A DNA stretch of 57,189 bases from a bacterium (GTDB taxonomy: Bacteria; Patescibacteriota; Saccharimonadia; Saccharimonadales; UBA4665), in the NCBI GenBank assembly GCA_021811685.1, contig JAJZNT010000022.1, positions 1 to 57,189 on the forward strand, written 5' to 3'. The notes beneath the pieces are model-generated. The model was not told where the DNA came from. It ran no database searches and saw nothing but the letters and a program-made list of their open reading frames with translations. Position 1 is the stretch's first letter. The number at the start of each line of letters is the position of its first letter. A program made the position numbers and the translations under genes. Of this stretch, positions 53,998 to 57,189 are shown in pieces.

Positions 53998-56991
53998 ATG
54001 AACGCAGTAATTTATATACTAATTACCGTAATTGTTATAGCTATATTAGCCGGTATAACCTTCTTGCAGGTCAGGAAAGTACTTAGAGAGCGAAAAAATA
54101 TCGAGAGGGGGCTAAAAATGGTGCCCCTATTTATTCATTTGCCACCTTCAAGTGAAGATATTGAGGGCAACGGCAGAGATACGCGGGACGTAGTAGAGGA
54201 AACTATATCCAGGGCTCAAACGATATATAACATTATTGCCGGCACGGTAAAGTCGGGGGTAAAAGAGAAATTTTTTTACGGACAAAGACACTTTGCTTTT
54301 GAAATAATTGGCAGTCAGGGCTTTGTATATTTTTACGCCCTTGTACCGGTGTCTATGGTTGAGGTCGTAAAGCAGGCAATAGTAAGCTCATACCCATCCG
54401 CTCGGCTTGATGAGGTGGGCGAACACAATATTTTCAGCAGGGTTGGTAAGACCCCGGGCACCTTAGGAGGTGAAATACACTTAAAACAATCATTTGCCTA
54501 TCCTATAGCTACTTACGAAGATACCAAAAGGGACGGCATGCAAGCCTTACTCAATGCCCTTTCTAGCCTCAGTAAAGAAGACGGGGCTGCCATACAGATC
54601 TTAATGCGCCCGGCGTTTGAGCACTGGCGTGAACAATCCAAGAGCGTAGCCGAAGGAAAAAGAAACGGCAACAAAAAAAGTACCGGCGCAGTTGCCGGAT
54701 CTTGGGCGAAGAGTTTTTTCATGGCTTTTGCTAAGCCAGTAGAAGAGAAAAAAGAGGAAAAGAAAAAGGAACTTTCTAATTTAGAGCAGGCTACCCTGGA
54801 CTCAATTGATGCTAAAACCAGAGAAGCTGGATATGAAGTTCTAATCAGGATAGTCGTTTCGTCCAATGTTTATCAGCGGTCTCAGGCTATTCTGAGCAAT
54901 ATAGTTGCCAGTTTTTCAGTATATGACGCCCCCGGCAAGAACGGATTTAAATATACCCCAGCCAAGGATATAGACAAGCTTGCGAGCGACTATATATTAC
55001 GTATTTTTCCTCAGGAGAAGAGGCAGATGGTGTTAAACTCAACCGAGCTTGCGACTATTTTTCATTTTCCTGATCAGCGTAATATTCCTACGTCTCAACT
55101 GGCAAGACAATCGTCTAAACAGGTTGACGGTCCTAGAGATGTACCGGAAGACGGGCTACTGCTTGGATATAACCTCTTTAGAGGAGCTAAAAAGCCTATA
55201 AGACTGAGTCTGGCCGACCGTCAGCGGCATGTATATGTTGTCGGTCAAACCGGCACTGGAAAGTCTACTTTCATGGAAGACCTGGCTTTTCAGGATATGA
55301 GACGCGGCAGCGGCTTTGCCTTTGTTGATCCCCATGGAGACACGGCTGAAAGGTTACTGGCTATGGTGCCTAAAGAAAGGGTCGAGGATGTAATTTACTT
55401 TTGCCCGGGCGATATGGACTATCCTATGGGTCTGAACCTTTTTGAGTTTCAAACCCCTGATCAAAAGGACTTCCTGATCCAGGAAGCTCTTAACATGCTC
55501 TACAAACTCTATGATCCTAACCACCAAGGGATTATGGGGCCCATGTTCGAGAACATGTTTAGAAATGCAGCTCTGACTATTATGGCCGACCCTGAAGGCG
55601 GTACTTTCGTAGATATTCCAAAATTATTTAGGGATCCGCAGTATCTAAAGCAGAAGTTGACTCACGTAAGCGATCCGACGGTTTTGGAGTTTTGGAATAA
55701 GGAAGTACCCCAGCGGCAGCGCTCTAATGATTTCGGCGAAGTGGTAGGCTGGTTCTCCAGTAAATTCGGTGCGTTTCTGAGTAACGACATGATGCGCAAC
55801 ATCATAGGTCAAACCAAAAGTGCCTTTGACTTGAGAGCGGTAATGGACGGGAAAAAGATATTATTAGTCAATTTAAGCAAAGGCCGAACCGGGGAACTAA
55901 ACTCCAGGCTGCTTGGCATGATTTTTGTCATGAAATTCCAAGCAGCCGCTATGAGCCGGGCTAATATTCCCGAAGATGATCGTGTTGACTTTTGCCTTTA
56001 TGTAGATGAGTTTCAGAATTTTTCTACCGATAGCTTTGCCACAATCATGAGTGAGGCCAGGAAGTATCGGTTAAACCTTATAGTGGCAAACCAGTTTACT
56101 ACTCAGTTAACTGATGATGTCAGAGACTCGGTATTCGGCAATATGGGAACCATTGTTGCCTTTAGGGTGGGACAAAATGACGTTGAGAGCCTTACGCGCT
56201 ATTTCCAGCCCGTTTTTGAGGCTGAAGATTTACTTAGAGTACCTAATTTTAATACTATCGTCAGAACGCTTATAAATGGCGTACCAACGCAGCCTTTTAG
56301 TATGGCTACCTTGCCACCACTGGGATCACCGAACGCTAAGCTCGCCGACGCCCTTAAGCAACTGTCTGCAGCTAAGCACGGACGTCCAAGAAGTGTAGTA
56401 GAAAAAGAAATTTATGCACGCATGGAAACGAAAGAAGTGCCTCCAACCGGCGGATTCGGTTCTAAACCTCCCGCCTGGGCTTCATCTCCCTTGAGTAACA
56501 CAGGTCCTTCACCCGCCACTCCTTATGCTGCTTCTGCTCAAAAACAAGCTGCTAGTTTGCCGGGAAGCGGCTCGTTTATTGATGAATGGCTGGCAAAGCG
56601 CCAGAAAGCATCTACGTTACAACCCCAAACCGCGACCGTTGCGCCTGCGGCCAATATGCCTGCGTCTCAATCTCAGGCTATAGCTTCTAACCTGCCCCAG
56701 AATAGGCCCGCAGTATTAGAAAATGCCGCTCCAAGCCATCAACCGTCTCTTAATACAAGCGTTAACTTACCTCGGGCCGAAAATAGTGAAAACATTTCTA
56801 GCGAGATGCTGGATAAGCAAGAAGCGGACAAGATCGCTAATGAACTAAAAAACAATCTTCAGTCTACCCCCGCTCCTCAGCCACAACAGCCACCCTTGGC
56901 TAACAGCCCAGTCCCTAAAACTCTACCGGCTAGTGAGGACACCATATATATAGACAGGGATGGAAATTTAAAGTCTGTCGGTTCGGCTTAG
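53998..56991 (+). CDS. VirB4/TraG/TrwB-like membrane-anchored P-loop ATPase
   Basis: RHVYVVGQTGTGKST, DPHGD, LYVDEFQNF, SEARKY.L.L..ANQ, VFGN.GT...FRVG; Pro-rich tail. Confidence 0.88.
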   Translation: MNAVIYILITVIVIAILAGITFLQVRKVLRERKNIERGLKMVPLFIHLPPSSEDIEGNGRDTRDVVEETISRAQTIYNIIAGTVKSGVKEKFFYGQRHFAFEIIGSQGFVYFYALVPVSMVEVVKQAIVSSYPSARLDEVGEHNIFSRVGKTPGTLGGEIHLKQSFAYPIATYEDTKRDGMQALLNALSSLSKEDGAAIQILMRPAFEHWREQSKSVAEGKRNGNKKSTGAVAGSWAKSFFMAFAKPVEEKKEEKKKELSNLEQATLDSIDAKTREAGYEVLIRIVVSSNVYQRSQAILSNIVASFSVYDAPGKNGFKYTPAKDIDKLASDYILRIFPQEKRQMVLNSTELATIFHFPDQRNIPTSQLARQSSKQVDGPRDVPEDGLLLGYNLFRGAKKPIRLSLADRQRHVYVVGQTGTGKSTFMEDLAFQDMRRGSGFAFVDPHGDTAERLLAMVPKERVEDVIYFCPGDMDYPMGLNLFEFQTPDQKDFLIQEALNMLYKLYDPNHQGIMGPMFENMFRNAALTIMADPEGGTFVDIPKLFRDPQYLKQKLTHVSDPTVLEFWNKEVPQRQRSNDFGEVVGWFSSKFGAFLSNDMMRNIIGQTKSAFDLRAVMDGKKILLVNLSKGRTGELNSRLLGMIFVMKFQAAAMSRANIPEDDRVDFCLYVDEFQNFSTDSFATIMSEARKYRLNLIVANQFTTQLTDDVRDSVFGNMGTIVAFRVGQNDVESLTRYFQPVFEAEDLLRVPNFNTIVRTLINGVPTQPFSMATLPPLGSPNAKLADALKQLSAAKHGRPRSVVEKEIYARMETKEVPPTGGFGSKPPAWASSPLSNTGPSPATPYAASAQKQAASLPGSGSFIDEWLAKRQKASTLQPQTATVAPAANMPASQSQAIASNLPQNRPAVLENAAPSHQPSLNTSVNLPRAENSENISSEMLDKQEADKIANELKNNLQSTPAPQPQQPPLANSPVPKTLPASEDTIYIDRDGNLKSVGSA

Positions 56992-57189
56992 CTGGGGCTA
57001 ATCTAGCTACGGCTTGACTTTTAGTTAGACTACCTTTATCCGCTGAGCCGTTTAACTAGAGATTATTAAAGTGATGAAAACGTTGTACGTATCTGTTAAA
57101 TAAGATATACTAATAAGTAAGTGGGAAATATCCATTTCTGAACTAGATGAGGGTTATTAGTGGCAAACAAAAGTAGTAGAAGCGATTAT

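Noticed and set aside
267..54866. Many short antisense or nested ORFs in the track (e.g. 267..449, 708..1010, 3243..3536, 14268..14534, 29303..29500, 45378..45626, 54513..54866)
   Set aside because: They are shadows of well-supported genes and have no recognisable motifs.

Overview
Chromosomal segment of a small-genome CPR/Patescibacteria bacterium, most likely Saccharimonadia (TM7); the taxon is inferred from gene content and protein styles, and the genetic code is standard. The backbone is housekeeping: rpsF-ssb-rpsR-efp, ychF, ndk, nrdR, thrS, miaA, rpmB, infC-rpmI-rplT, six tRNAs, RNase P RNA and a probable 6S RNA. It also carries a monoderm-style type IV pilus locus (pilN/O/P-like, pilB, pilT, pilC, pilin, pilD, minor pilins, pilM) preceded by a 1500-aa surface protein, a Xer-type tyrosine recombinase and a VirB4/TraG-like ATPase. 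The striking feature is about 13 intact or decayed type II toxin-antitoxin modules, all at four sites: the 5' end of ychF and the 3' ends of tRNA-Arg, tRNA-Asp and tRNA-Pro. At two of these sites the modules form tandem cassette arrays punctuated by recombination-scar-like repeats. At tRNA-Asp the repeats are degenerate copies of the tRNA 3' end plus a conserved AAATAGTTCC motif. At ychF they are displaced, synonymously diverged copies of the first 9-10 ychF codons fused at the same base to an orphan coding tail. This suggests iterative, integron-like site-specific cassette accretion with no integrase inside the arrays. Several promoter-bearing structured intergenic RNA candidates, pervasive leaderless promoters and a pilus-associated promoter motif are also visible.
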